Assembly (NCBI RefSeq): GCF_036588685.1
Contig: NC_086375.1
Span: 4,464,001 to 4,528,000, forward strand
Direction: 5' to 3'
DNA: 64,000 nt
Source of the DNA: Mytilus trossulus
Taxonomy: Eukaryota
A model generated the notes under the pieces. It searched no databases, was not told the DNA's origin, and worked only from the letters and a program-made list of their open reading frames with translations. Made by a program: the position numbers and the translations under genes. Below, one piece after another: positions 39,184 through 52,380 of the stretch. Within the stretch, counting starts at the first letter, position 1. Each line of letters starts with the position of its first letter.

Positions 39184-40159
39184 CCGACTGAAAACGCTTT
39201 TTGGTCACATTCAGGAACATAAGACACCAACTGATGTCTCAACAGTCTTAACACATGCTAGTACATACACTGGAACTTATAAGTATACTCTGAATTCACC
39301 AAGGTTGACAGAAAAACAGAGACAGTTCTATGAAGATAATGGGTATTTGGTCATTAAAAAACTTGTTCCTGAGTACAGCTTGCAGAAGTACAGAGAAAGA
39401 TTTGAACAGATATGTAAAAAGGAAGTTGTAGTACCTGGTTTGACCATTATGAGGGACGTTGCCATTTCGAAAGATGAGTTTGTACCAGGACAAAAAGCTG
39501 TAACCAAAATCCAGAACTTTCAGTTAGATGAAGAACTATTTGAGTATTGTAAATTTCCAGAGGTATTGGACTATGTGGAAGCTATTGTTGGAAGCAATAT
39601 CAAGGCAATCCATACTATGCTGATTAACAAACCGCCAGATCCAGGTAGGAAAACCTCCAGACATCCGATGCACCAGGATCTCCATTACTTCCCAATGAAA
39701 CCACCGGAGAAGATCGTCTGTTCCTGGACTGCAATGCAAAAAGTTAATCGTGAAAACGGTTGCTTAGTTGTACTTCCTGGTACCCACAAAGGTACATTAC
39801 TTCAACATGATTATCCTGAATGGGAGGGTGGTGTTAATAAGATGTACCATGGTGTGAGAGATTATGATCCCAGCATGCCGCGTTCACATCTTGATATGGA
39901 GGCTGGTGACACAGTTTTCTTCCATCCTCTTTTGATACATGGATCAGGAATGAACAGGACAAAAGACTTTAGAAAGTCCATTTCATGCCACTATGCCAGC
40001 AGTGATATCGAATTTGCAGAACAAGATTCCCAGAGTACAATATCTGAGGAAATACTTGATTTGATAGTTAAACAGTACAAGGTTCCCAGGGACAGCGTTA
40101 AATATGAGGACATATGGAAAATCAAAAGCCGTACTGTTAAAGGACATTCCGATTGGTAA
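39176..40159 (+). CDS. PHYH: Phytanoyl-CoA dioxygenase, peroxisomal; intronless, 327 aa
   Basis: N-terminal PTS2-like RLKTLFGHI; FYEDNGYLVIK; MLINKPPDPG...SRHPMHQDLHYFP (HxD); GDTVFFHPLLIHGSG (distal His); RKSISCHYAS. AATAAA at 40339. Confidence 0.95.
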   Translation: MAARLKTLFGHIQEHKTPTDVSTVLTHASTYTGTYKYTLNSPRLTEKQRQFYEDNGYLVIKKLVPEYSLQKYRERFEQICKKEVVVPGLTIMRDVAISKDEFVPGQKAVTKIQNFQLDEELFEYCKFPEVLDYVEAIVGSNIKAIHTMLINKPPDPGRKTSRHPMHQDLHYFPMKPPEKIVCSWTAMQKVNRENGCLVVLPGTHKGTLLQHDYPEWEGGVNKMYHGVRDYDPSMPRSHLDMEAGDTVFFHPLLIHGSGMNRTKDFRKSISCHYASSDIEFAEQDSQSTISEEILDLIVKQYKVPRDSVKYEDIWKIKSRTVKGHSDW

Positions 40160-41420
40160 TGTAAAATTTACATTTTCAAAAGTGTTAGTCTAAATTATTC
40201 AAGTGATACATGAACAAGATGGAGGTGTGACTTTAATTTTAGTTAACATATTAATTATTTGGACATCATATATCTATGATTTAGTTCTGAAATGCATGTA
40301 CATGCATATTCAAAATGACATTTGATTTTCTGAAATGAAATAAATGACTTGACTTATATGCTTAATTGCTAGGTTGACTTTGATTCAAATATGTAGAGAT
40401 TTTGTACATAATTATTTAAATTTATTAATTTTTCGTTGTAAATTTTAATTTATATTTGATCATTTGTATTACTATTATTTCTTACGTGATTATCATGATT
40501 ATTTTGCAAATGTTTTAAGTCTAAATAATAAATATTGAAATTTATTTATTCTGCATATTCTATGGTTAAATGAAGAAAAGTATAGTTTTTGGTATTGATT
40601 GTTGAGCTTATAATATAAGTGTTTTCAAAACTTTTTTGTTTGAACTCAAATAAAATACATGTTCTGTAGCTAACATATTATGGATTTTAATTTTCACTTA
40701 GAAATTTGTTATTTGCAAACATAGAATTTTTCTGTGGTGGCAATCACCACTTTGATATTTTTTTATAAGTATTATAAAGAAGATTTAAAGGTACGAAAAA
40801 ATGTATATTTTCAAGATGAAACCAATTTACCCCTCTTTTTAAAAACGTACAATACTATAGGTTTTATCAGATTAGACAGAAGTACTGATTTTAGTATTTA
40901 AATTAAATATTTTATTTTAAAAAAACCCATCAGATATGTGATCCAATTACAGACTGTATATTAAACAAATAAACTGACTAAACAAACAAATCTTATCAGG
41001 ATACAATGTTTACTTATGATGTATAAATGACAAATAACTCATGATTTTAACAAATAAATTTATCAGTTATCATGTACATGTAGTACATTGTATTATCAAA
41101 GTAGAAATATTGTATTTTTTTCTATAAATGCATATGTACAGGTACATTGTACTAAATATTAACAGGTACATTTTTCCTATAAAGTATGAATATAAAATGT
41201 GCAGTATCATAGGTAATTAAGGACAACCAGACTAAATTTTTATCTTTAAATTAAGCAGTAATGCTTAAATTCAACCTAAATATTTAGAAATTTGACACAT
41301 TGTATATTTGATTTACTATAGCCATTGACAAATGATTGAACAAATATATGTTCAAAAAGATTGTGATTTTTACATAATTTATTAAAGATTATTAATTTTG
41401 TTTGATTTCTATTATTTTCA

Positions 41421-41770
41421 TTCACCAATTTTGACAATGTTTGTATAAGGTGTCAAGCTGCTGTTGGAGACCTAGTATGGAAACTGATGATATAAATGAA
41501 TCATAAGTAAAGAGCAGAAGTAGAATTTTTGTGACATTGTCCCCTACACCATTCTGAGCATCTATTGTCTGTACATGTATCTGTCTGTTCTTCCTTGTAA
41601 GTCCTCTCAATTCATGCAAGATATTTATGAAATTTATATCAAAGGTTTATAATTTTGTCAGCAATGTCTTGGACAAATTCTGAAAATCAGTTCCAAGCAA
41701 CTATTTTTACAGGAGATTCTGACCAGATTTTTCAATGGTCACTAACTTTAACAATCAAATGAAAGACAGA
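41421..41770 (-). pseudogene. Highly decayed non-LTR RT fragment
   Basis: ILLLLFTYDS...GLQQQLDTLYKHCQNW resembles the LLFADD...GLQxxLxxLxxYCxxW segment of LINE RTs. Confidence 0.5.
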
Positions 41771-42117
41771 AAATAATTTGCATAGCATGGTCAATACAGG
41801 ACTACTACCACAGGAATCAACAGCGGTTTGTTAAATGAAGAAAATAAAAACACCATTTACATCTTTAACATAGAGGTTCTATAAAGTCTTATCTTAACAT
41901 TTAATTGAAATCTGAAGTCAACTAATATCAACTTCTCAGGAAAAATTGACCATCCACAATTTGGCTCTTCTGTTTTTACCCTGTTTTATTTTCAATGATC
42001 TTATATATTTATATCATGGCTCTCTTTATTTTAAAAGTCCTGAATACCTGCCAAAACATTAGTATTAATCATACTTCTATAAAACAGATTTGAAACCAAA
42101 AAATAATTAAAAAGAAA

Positions 42118-44164
42118 AGACATCCACAGGTCAAAGACACCAAAACAGACATCCACCAATCAAAGACACCAAAACCATAACAGACATCCACAGGTCAAAG
42201 ACACCAAAACCAAAACAGACATCCACCAATCAAAGACACCAAAACCAAAACAGACATCCACAGGTCAAAGACACCAAAACCAAAACAGACATCCACAGGT
42301 CAAAGACACCAAAACCAAAACAGACATCCACAGGTCAAAGACACCAAAACCAAAACAGACATCCACCAATCAAAGACACCAAAACCATAACAGACATCCA
42401 CAGGTCAAAGACACCAAAACCAAAACAGACATCCACAGGTCAAAGACACCAAAACCAAAACAGACATCCACAGGTCAAAGACACCAAAACCAAATCAGAC
42501 ATCCACAGGTCAAAGACACCAAAACCAAAACAGACATCCACCGGTCAAAGACACCAAAACCAAAACAGACATCCACCAATCAAAGACACCAAAACCATAA
42601 CAGACATCCACAGGTCAAAGACACCAAAACCAAAACAGACATCCACAGGTCAAAGACACCAAAACCAAATCAGACATCCACAGGTCAAAGACACCAAAAC
42701 CAAAACAGACATCCACAGGTCAAAGACACCAAAACCAAAACAGACATCCACCAATCAAAGACACCAAAACCATAACAGACATCCACAGGTCAAAGACACC
42801 AAAACCAAAACAGACATCCACAGGTCAAAGACACCAAAACCAAAACAGACATCCACCAATCAAAGACACCAAAACCAAAACAGACATCCACAGGTCAAAG
42901 ACACCAAAACCAAAACAGACATCCACAGGTCAAAGACACCAAAACCAAATCAGACATCCACAGGTCAAAGACACCAAAACCAAAACAGACATCCACAGGT
43001 CAAAGACACCAAAACCAAAACAGACATCCACCAATCAAAGACACCAAAACCATAACAGACATCCACAGGTCAAAGACACCAAAACCAAAACAGACATCCA
43101 CAGGTCAAAGACACCAAAACCAAAACAGACATCCACAGGTCAAAGACACCAAAACCAAAACAGACATCCACCAATCAAAGACACCAAAACCATAACAGAC
43201 ATCCACAGGTCAAAGACACCAAAACCAAAACAGACATCCACAGGTCAAAGACACCAAAACCAAATCAGACATCCACAGGTCAAAGACACCAAAACCAAAA
43301 CAGACATCCACCGGTCAAAGACACCAAAACCAAAACAGACATCCACCAATCAAAGACACCAAAACCAAAACAGACATCCACCGGTCAAAGACACCAAAAC
43401 CAAAACAGACATCCACAGGTCAAAGACACCAAAACCAAAACAGACATCCACCGGTCAAAGACACCAAAACCAAAACAGACATCCACAGGTCAAAGACACC
43501 AAAACCATTACAGACATCCACCGGTCAAAGACACCAAAACCAAAACAGACATCCACAGGTCAAAGACACCAAAACCAAAACAGACATCCACAGTTCAAAG
43601 ACACCAAAACCAAAACAGACATCCACAGGTTAAAGACACTAAAACCAAAACAGACATCCACCGGTCAAAGAAACCAAAATCAAAACAGACATCCATAGAC
43701 AGACATTCACAGGCCAAAGACACAAAATTCAGAACAGACAGCCACAGGCCAAAGACACAAAAATCAAAACAGACATCCACAGGTCAAAGATACCAAAATC
43801 AGAACAGACATCCACAGGCCAAAACACCAAAATCAGAACAGACATGCACAGGACAAAGACACCAAAATCTGAACAGACATTCACAGGCCAAATAACCCAA
43901 ATCAAAACAGATATTTACAGGTCAAAGACAACAAATTCAGAACAGACATCCACAGGCCAAAAACACCAAAATCAGAACAGACATGCACAGACCAAAGACA
44001 CCAAAATCTGAACAGAGATCCATAGGCCAAATTACCAAAATCAGAACAGACATGCACTGGTCAAAGACACTAAAATCAGAATGTGTATTCATAAGTCAAA
44101 GACACAATAGACATTCCAAGGTCAAAGACACCAAAGTCAGAATAGACATCCACAGGCCAAAGAC
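42118..44164 (+). repeat. 35-bp satellite, arm 1 (about 58 units)
   Basis: Unit CAGACATCCACAGGTCAAAGACACCAAAACCAAAA; near-perfect to about 43690, then degenerate. Confidence 0.97.
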
Positions 44165-47100
44165 TGTTTTAATATTAGTGTCTTTGACATGTGGATGTGT
44201 TCTAATTTTGGCATCTTTGACATATTGATATCTGTTTTTATTTTGGTGTCTTTGACAGGTGAATGTCTGTTCTTATTTTGGTTTCTTTGACAGGTGGATG
44301 TCTGTTCTTGTTTTTATGTCTTTGAAAGATGGATGTCTGTTCTTATTTTGGTTTCTTTGACAGGTGGATGTCTGTTCTTATTTTGGTTTCTTTGACAGGT
44401 GGATGTCTGTTCTTATTTTGATGTCTTTGACAGGTAGATATCTGTTCTTATTTTGATGTCTTTGACAGTTAGATATCTGTTCTTTTTTTGGTGTCTTTGA
44501 CAGGTGGATATCTGTTCTTATTTTGTTGTCTTTAACAGAAGGTTGTCTGTTCTTATTTGGGTATTTGACAGGTAGATGTCTTCTTATTTTGGTTTCTTTG
44601 ACAGATGGATATCTGTTCTTATTTTGATGTCTTTGACAGGTGGATATCTGTTCTTATTTTGATGTCTTTGACAGGTGGATGTCTGTTCTTATTTTGTTTT
44701 CTGTGACAGGTGGATATCTGTTCTTATTTTGGTGTCTTTGACAGGTGGATGTCTGTTCTTATTTTGTTGTCCATGACAGGTGGATGTCTGTTCTTGTTTT
44801 GTTGTCTTTGACAGTTGGATATCTGTTCTTATTTTGATGTCTTTGACAAGTGGATGTCTGTTCTTATTTTGATGTCTTGGATAGGTGAATATCTGTTCTT
44901 ATTTTGATGTCTTTGACAGGTGGATGTCTGTTCTTATTTTGTTTTCTTTGACAGGAGGATGTCTGTTTCATTTTGATATCTTTGACAGGTGGATGTCTGT
45001 TCTTATTTTGATGTCTTTGACAGGTAGATGTCTGTTCTTATTTTGATGTCTTTGACAGGTAGATGTCTGTTTTTATTTTGATGTCTTTGACAAGTGGATG
45101 TCTGTTTTTATTTTGATGTCTTTGACAGGTGGATGTCTGTTCTTATTTTGATGTCTTTGACAGGTGGATATCTCTTCTTGTTTTGCTGATCTTGACAGGT
45201 AGATGTCTGTTCTTATTTTGATGTCTTTGACAGGTGGATGTCTGTTCTTATTTAGATGTCTTTGAAAGGAGGATGTCTGTTCTTGTTTTGCTGACTTTGA
45301 CAGGTGGATATCTGTTTTTATTTTGGTGTTTTTGGCAGGTGGATATCTGTTCTCATTTTGGTGTCTTTGACAGGTAGATTTCGTTCTTGTCTTGGTATTT
45401 TTGACAGATGAATACCTGTTCTTATTTTAGTGTCTTTGACCAGTGGAAGTCTGTTCTTATTTTGATGTCATTGACAGGTGGATGTCTGTTTTTACTTTGT
45501 TGCCTTTACAGGTGGATATTTGTTCTTATTTTTCGTTGACAGGTGGATATCTGTTCTTGTTTTGATGTCTTTGAAAGGTGGATGTCTGTTTTCATTTTGA
45601 TATCTTTGACAGGTGGATGTCTGTTCTTATTTTGATGTCTTTGACAGGTGGATGTCTGTTCCTGTTTTTGTGTCTTTGACAGGTGGATGTCTGTGTTTAT
45701 TTTGGTGTCTTTGACAGGTGGATGTCTGTTCTTATTTTGGTGTCTTTGACATGTGGATGTCTGTTCTTATGTTGGTGTATTTGACAGGTGGATATCTGTT
45801 CTTGTTTGTGTGTCTTTGACAGGAGGATGTCTGTTCTTATTTTGGTGTATTTGACAGATGGATATCTGTTCTTATTTTGGTGTATTTGACAGGTGGATGT
45901 CTGTTCTTATTTTGGTGTATTTTAAAGGTGGATGTCTGTTCCTTTTTTTTGGTGTCTTTAACAGGTGGATGTCTGTTCTTATTTTGGTGTATTTGACAGA
46001 TGGATATCTAATCTTTTTTTGGTTTATTTAACATGTGGATGTCTGTTCTTATTTGTGTGTCTTTGACAGGTGGATGTCTGTTCTTTTTTTGTGTGTCTTT
46101 GACATGTGGATGTCTGTTCTTTTTTTGTGTGTCTTTGACAGGTGGGTGTCTGTTCTCATTTTGGTGTCTTCAACAGGTGGATGTCTGTTCTTATTTTGGT
46201 GTCTTTGACAGGTGGATATCTGTTCTTATTTTGGTGTCTTTGACAGGTGGATATCTGTTCTCATTTTGATGTCTTTGACAGGTAGATATCTGTTCTTATT
46301 TTGATGTCTTTGACAAGTGGATATCTGTTTTTATTTTGATGTCTTTGACAGGTGGATGTCTGTTCTTATTTTGATGTCTTTGACAGGTGGATGTCTGTTC
46401 TTATTTTGATGTCTTTGACAGGCAGATGTCTGTTCTTATTTTGATGTCTTTGACAGGCAGATATCTGTTCTTATTTTGGTATTTTTGGCAGGTGGATATC
46501 TGTTCTCATTTTGGTGTCTTTGACAGGTAGATTTCGTTCTTGTCTTGGTATTTTTGACAGATGAATACCTGTTCTTATTTTAGTGTCTTTGACCAGTGGA
46601 AGTCTGTTCTTATTTTGATGTCATTGACAGGTGGATGTCTGTTTTTACTTTGTTGCCTTTACAGGTGGATATTTGTTCTTATTTTTCGTTGACAGGTGGA
46701 TATCTGTTCTTGTTTTGATGTCTTTGAAAGGTGGATGTCTGTTTTCATTTTGATATCTTTGACAGGTGGATGTCTGTTCTTATTTTGATGTCTTTGACAG
46801 GTGGATGTCTGTTCCTGTTTTTGTGTCTTTGACAGGTGGATGTCTGTGTTTATTTTGGTGTCTTTGACAGGTGGATGTCTGTTCTTATTTTGGTGTCTTT
46901 GACATGTGGATGTCTGTTCTTATGTTGGTGTATTTGACAGGTGGATATCTGTTCTTGTTTGTGTGTCTTTGACAGGAGGATGTCTGTTCTTATTTTGGTG
47001 TATTTGACAGATGGATATCTGTTCTTATTTTGGTGTATTTGACAGGTGGATGTCTGTTCTTATTTTGGTGTATTTTAAAGGTGGATGTCTGTTCCTTTTT

Positions 47101-50100
47101 TTTGGTGTCTTTAACAGGTGGATATTTGTTCTTATTTTTCGTTGACAGGTGGATATCTGTTCTTGTTTTGATGTCTTTGAAAGGTGGATGTCTGTTTTCA
47201 TTTTGATATCTTTGACAGGTGGATGTCTGTTCTTATTTTGATGTCTTTGACAGGTGGATGTCTGTTCCTGTTTTTGTGTCTTTGACAGGTGGATGTCTGT
47301 GTTTATTTTGGTGTCTTTGACAGGTGGATGTCTGTTCTTATTTTGGTGTCTTTGACATGTGGATGTCTGTTCTTATGTTGGTGTATTTGACAGGTGGATA
47401 TCTGTTCTTGTTTGTGTGTCTTTGACAGGAGGATGTCTGTTCTTATTTTGGTGTATTTGACAGATGGATATCTGTTCTTATTTTGGTGTATTTGACAGGT
47501 GGATGTCTGTTCTTATTTTGGTGTATTTTAAAGGTGGATGTCTGTTCCTTTTTTTTGGTGTCTTTAACAGGTGGATGTCTGTTCTTATTTTGGTGTATTT
47601 GACAGATGGATATCTAATCTTTTTTTGGTTTATTTAACATGTGGATGTCTGTTCTTATTTGTGTGTCTTTGACAGGTGGATGTCTGTTCTTTTTTTGTGT
47701 GTCTTTGACATGTGGATGTCTGTTCTTATTTTGATGTCTTTGACAAGTGGAAATCTGTTCTTATTTTGATGTCTTTGACAGGTGAATGTCTGTTCTTATT
47801 TTTGTGTCTTTAACATATTGATGTCTGTTCTTATTTTGGTGTCTTTGACAGGTGGATATCTGTTCTCATTTTGGTGTCTTTGACAGGTAGATATCTGTTC
47901 TTATTTTGATGTCTTTGACAAGTGGATATCTGTTTTTATTTTGATGTCTTTGACAGGTGGATGTCTGTTCTTATTTTGATGTCTTTGACAGGTGGATGTC
48001 TGTTCTTATTTTGATGTCTTTGACAGGCAGATGTCTGTTCTTATTTTGATGTCTTTGACAGGCAGATATCTGTTCTTATTTTTGTGTCTTCAACATATTG
48101 ATGTCTGTTCTTATTTTTGTGTCTTCACAGGTGGATGTCTGTTCTTATTTTGTTGTCTTTGACATATTGATATCTGTTCTTATTTTAATGCCCTTGACAG
48201 AAGGATATCTGTTCATATTTTGGTGTATTTTACAGGTGCATGTCTGTTTATATTTTGATGTCTTTGACAGGTGGATATCTGTTCTTATTTTGATGTCTTT
48301 GACAGGTGGATATCTGTTCTTATTTTGATGTCTTTGACCGGTGGATGTCTGTTCTTGTTTTTGTGTCTATGACAGGTGGATATCTGTTCTTATTTTGATG
48401 TCTTTAACAGGTGAATGTCTGTTCTTATTTTTGTGTCTTTAACATATTGATGTCTGTTCTTATTTTGGTGTCTTTGACAAGTGGATGTCTGTTCTTATTT
48501 TGATGTCTTTGAAAGGAGGATGTCTGTTGTTATTTTAATGTCTTTGACCGGTGAATATCTATTCTTATTTTGATGTCTTGGACAGGTGGATATCTGTTCT
48601 TATTTTGTTGTGTTTGACAGTTGGATATCTGTTCTTATTTTGATGTCTTGGACAGGTGGAAATCTGTTCTTATTTTGTTGTGTTTGACAGGCGATATCTG
48701 TTCTTATTTTAATGTCTTGGACAGGTAGATATCTGTTCTTATTTTGTTGTCTTTGACAGGTGGATATCTGTTCTTGTTTTTATGCGTTGACAGGTGGATA
48801 TCTGTTCTTATTTTGATGTCTTTGTTAGGTGAATATCTGTTCTTATTTTTGTGTCTTTGACAGGTGGATATCTGTTCTTATTTTGATGTCTTTGACAGGT
48901 GAATGTCTGTTCTTATTTTTGTGTCTTTAACATATTGATGTCTGTTTTTATTTTGGTGTCTTTCACAAGTGGATATCTGTTCTTATTTTGATGTCTTTGA
49001 AAGGAGGATGTCTGTTCTTATTTTGGTGTCTTTGACAGGTGGATATCTGCTCTTATTTTTATGTCTTTGATAGGTGGATATCTATTCTCATTTTGATGTC
49101 TTGGACAGGTGGATATCTGTTCTTATTTTGTTGTCTTTGACAGATGGATATCTGTTCTTATTTTGATGTCTTGGACAGGTGGATGTCTGTTCTTATTTTG
49201 TTGTGTTTGACAGGTGATATCTGTTCTTATTTTGATGTCTTTGACAGGTGGATATCTGTTCTTATTTTGATGTCTTTGACAGGTGAATGTCTGTTCTTAT
49301 TTTAATGTCTTTGACAGGTGATATCTGTTCTTATTTTGATGTCTTTGACAGTTGGATATCTGTTCTTATTTTGATGTCTTGGACAGGTGGATATCTGTTC
49401 TTATGTTGTTGTCTTTGACAGGTGGATATCTGTTCTTGTTTTTATGCGTTGACAGGTGGATATCTGTTCTTATTTTGATGTCTTTGTTAGGTGAATATCT
49501 GTTCTTATTTTTGTGTCTTTGACAGGTGGATATCTGTTCTTGTTTTGATGTCTTTGACAGGTGGATGTCTGTTCTTGTTTTGATGTCTTGGACTGGTTGA
49601 TATCTGTTCTTGTTTTGATGTCTTTGTTAGGTGAATATCTGTTTTTATTTTTGTGTCTTTGACAAGTGGATGTCTGTTCTTATTTTGTTGTCTTTGACAG
49701 GTGGATGTCTGTACTTATTTTGGTGTCTTTGACAGGTGGATGTCTGTTCTTATTTTGGTGTCTTTGACAGGTGGATGTCTGTTCTTATTTTGGTGTCTTT
49801 GACAGGTGGATGTCTGTTCTTATTTTGGTGTCTTTGACAGGTGGATGTCTGTTCTTATATTGTTGTCTTTGACAGGTGGATATCTGCTCTTATTTTGGTG
49901 TCTTTGACAGGTGGATGTCTGTTCTTATTTTGGTGTCTTTGACAGGTGGATGTCTGTTCTTATTTTGGTGTCTTTGACAGGTGGATATCTGTTCTTATTT
50001 TGTTGTCTTTGACAGGTGGATATCTGTACTTATTTTGTTGTCTTTGATAGGTGGATGTCTGTTCTTATTTTGTTGTCTTTGATAGGTGGATGTCTATTCT

Positions 50101-51100
50101 TATTTTGGTGTCTTTGACAGGTGGATATCTGTTCTTATTTTGGTGTCTTTGACAGGTGGATATCTGTTCTTATTTTGGTGTCTTTGACAGGTGGATGTCT
50201 GTTCTTATTTTGTTGTCTTTGACAGGTGGATGTCTGTTCTTATTTTGATGTTTTTGACCGGTGTATGTCTGTTCTTATTTTGGTGTCTTTGGCAGGTGGA
50301 TGTCTGTTCTTATCTTGATGTCTTTGAAAGGTGGATGTCTGTACTTATTTTGTTGTCCTTGACCTGTTGATGTCTGTTCTTATTTTGGTGTCTTTGACAG
50401 GTGGATATCTATTCTTATTTTGTTGTCTTTGACAGGTGGATGTCTGTACTTATTTTGTTGTCGTTGACCTGTTGATGTCTGTTCTTATTTTGTTGTCTTT
50501 GGCAGGTTGAATTCCTTCTGTTGTTGGTGTCTTTGACAGGTGGATGTCTGTTCATATCTTGATGTCTTTGACAGGTGGATGTCTGTACTTATTTTGTTGT
50601 CATTGACCTGTTGATGTCTGTTTTTATTTTGGTGTCTTTGACAGGTGGATATCTATTCTTATTTTGTTGTCTTTGACAGGTGGATGTCTGTTCTTATTTT
50701 GTTGTCTTTGACAGGTGGATGTCTGTTCTTATTTTGGTGTCTTTGACAGGTGGATGTCTGTTCTTATTTTGGTGTCTTTGACAGGTGGACATCTGTTCTT
50801 ATTTTGGTGTCTTTGACAGGTGGATGACTGTTCTTATTTTGATGTCTTTGACAGGTGGATATCTGTTCTTATTTTGATGTTTTTGACCGGTGGATGTCTG
50901 GTCTTATTTTGGTGTCTTTGAAACATCCACATGCCTATGACACTAAAATCAAAACAGACATCTTGTTCTGACTTTTGTGTCTTTGACCTGAGAAAGTCTG
51001 TTTTGATTTTAGTTCTTGTTTTGTTGTTTGTTTGGCCTGTGGGTATCCCTGACCTGTGGATATTGTTCTTACTTTGGGGTCTTTGACCAGTTGATGTCCA
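44165..51100 (-). repeat. 35-bp satellite, arm 2 (about 200 units, inverted relative to arm 1)
   Basis: Plus-strand unit TCTGTTCTTATTTTGGTGTCTTTGACAGGTGGATG; its reverse complement is a variant of the arm 1 unit. Confidence 0.97.
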
Positions 51101-51734
51101 ATTTTTGAGTATTTTTTTAAACTAGCAATTTTGTCATAGTTGCTACATTGACCATTGATCTTTACACAAGCATTTGATGTTTTGTTCAAACCAACAAAAT
51201 CCATGTCAATTGTTACCCAATTTAAATATAATAAATACATAGAAGGTTCCCTGTAAACAAATCATAAACTTTATTTGTCTCCACCGTTGAATGCAGCAAC
51301 AGCCTATATATAACTCACATCTATGACTTTGTTGCGACGAGACAAAAAAAAATCAAATATGTAGCTTGTAGCATAGATTTATTAATGATACTGTCTTGGA
51401 CAATTATGACAAAACATTTATGATATGATAATAGCAATGAGCTCAGCCCACGTTATGTTACAATGTTACATAAGCAAATAGTAAACTAATATTTTGTACA
51501 TAAATTTTATAATAATTACATTGAAGAAAAATATCCATACACAACAAAGTTATATATCCTTTAACAATTCAGGTATATTTGTGAATAAAAAAAAAATAGG
51601 AATCAAAATAATTAATGTGTTGTTCAGTCCCTCATTACTAGTTTGTCAACATTGGAATTCTTGGATAATTAACACATCAAAATTAAGGTGAAAAAAAGAT
51701 ACTCAGTGTGCTTCTCGTACATCTAATAAAAATT

Positions 51735-52321
51735 AAAGAACCTTAATGAGCACGCTCACATACCCCACGTCCCCACATTGTCATTGGAGAAATTAAATAA
51801 GTGTAAGAAAAAAAAATTGTATAAGAAAAATTAATTTCCTGCCAATATGCACATCTACATAGTATGTCCTTATTATCTACAAAATTTCATGAAATTCTGT
51901 TGTGTGGATTCAGAGGAGTTGAGATGACAAACTATTGCAGAAGTACATTGAAGCAAATAAGTTCAAAGGGGCGTAACTCCTAGAAAAAAAAAATGAATCG
52001 CAATTTTCCATTGATATGCACAACTACATAGTATGTCCTTATTATCTAAAAAGGTTTCGTGAAATTCTGTTGTGTGGTTTGAGAAGAGTTGCGATGACAA
52101 ACTGTTGCAGTAGTACATTGAAGCAAATTAGTTCAATGGGGCGTAACTCCTAGAAAAAAAATTGAATCGCAATTTCCCGTCGATATGCACAACTACATAG
52201 TATGTCCTTATTATCTGAAAAGGTTTCGTGAAATTCTGTTGTGTGGTTTGAAAGGAGTTGCGATGACAAGAAACAGGACTGACGGACAGACTGACGGACA
52301 GACTGATGGACTGACGGACTA

Positions 52322-52365
<44 letters not shown>

Positions 52366-52380
52366 TGTGGGGTATAATAA
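51735..52380 (+). mobile_element. Pearl-like element with roughly 170-bp internal repeats
   Basis: CTACATAGTATGTCCTTATTATCT occurs three times; (GACG/GACA/GACT)n microsatellite; terminal hairpin CCCTCCGCAAC-TC-GTTGTGTGGGG. Confidence 0.7.

Noticed and set aside
42118-51100. CRISPR-like array or repetitive protein ORFs (43595-51240 ORF calls)
   Set aside because: The units are contiguous with no unique spacers, there are no cas genes and the context is eukaryotic. The 35-bp period is not a multiple of 3, so the ORFs are chance products.
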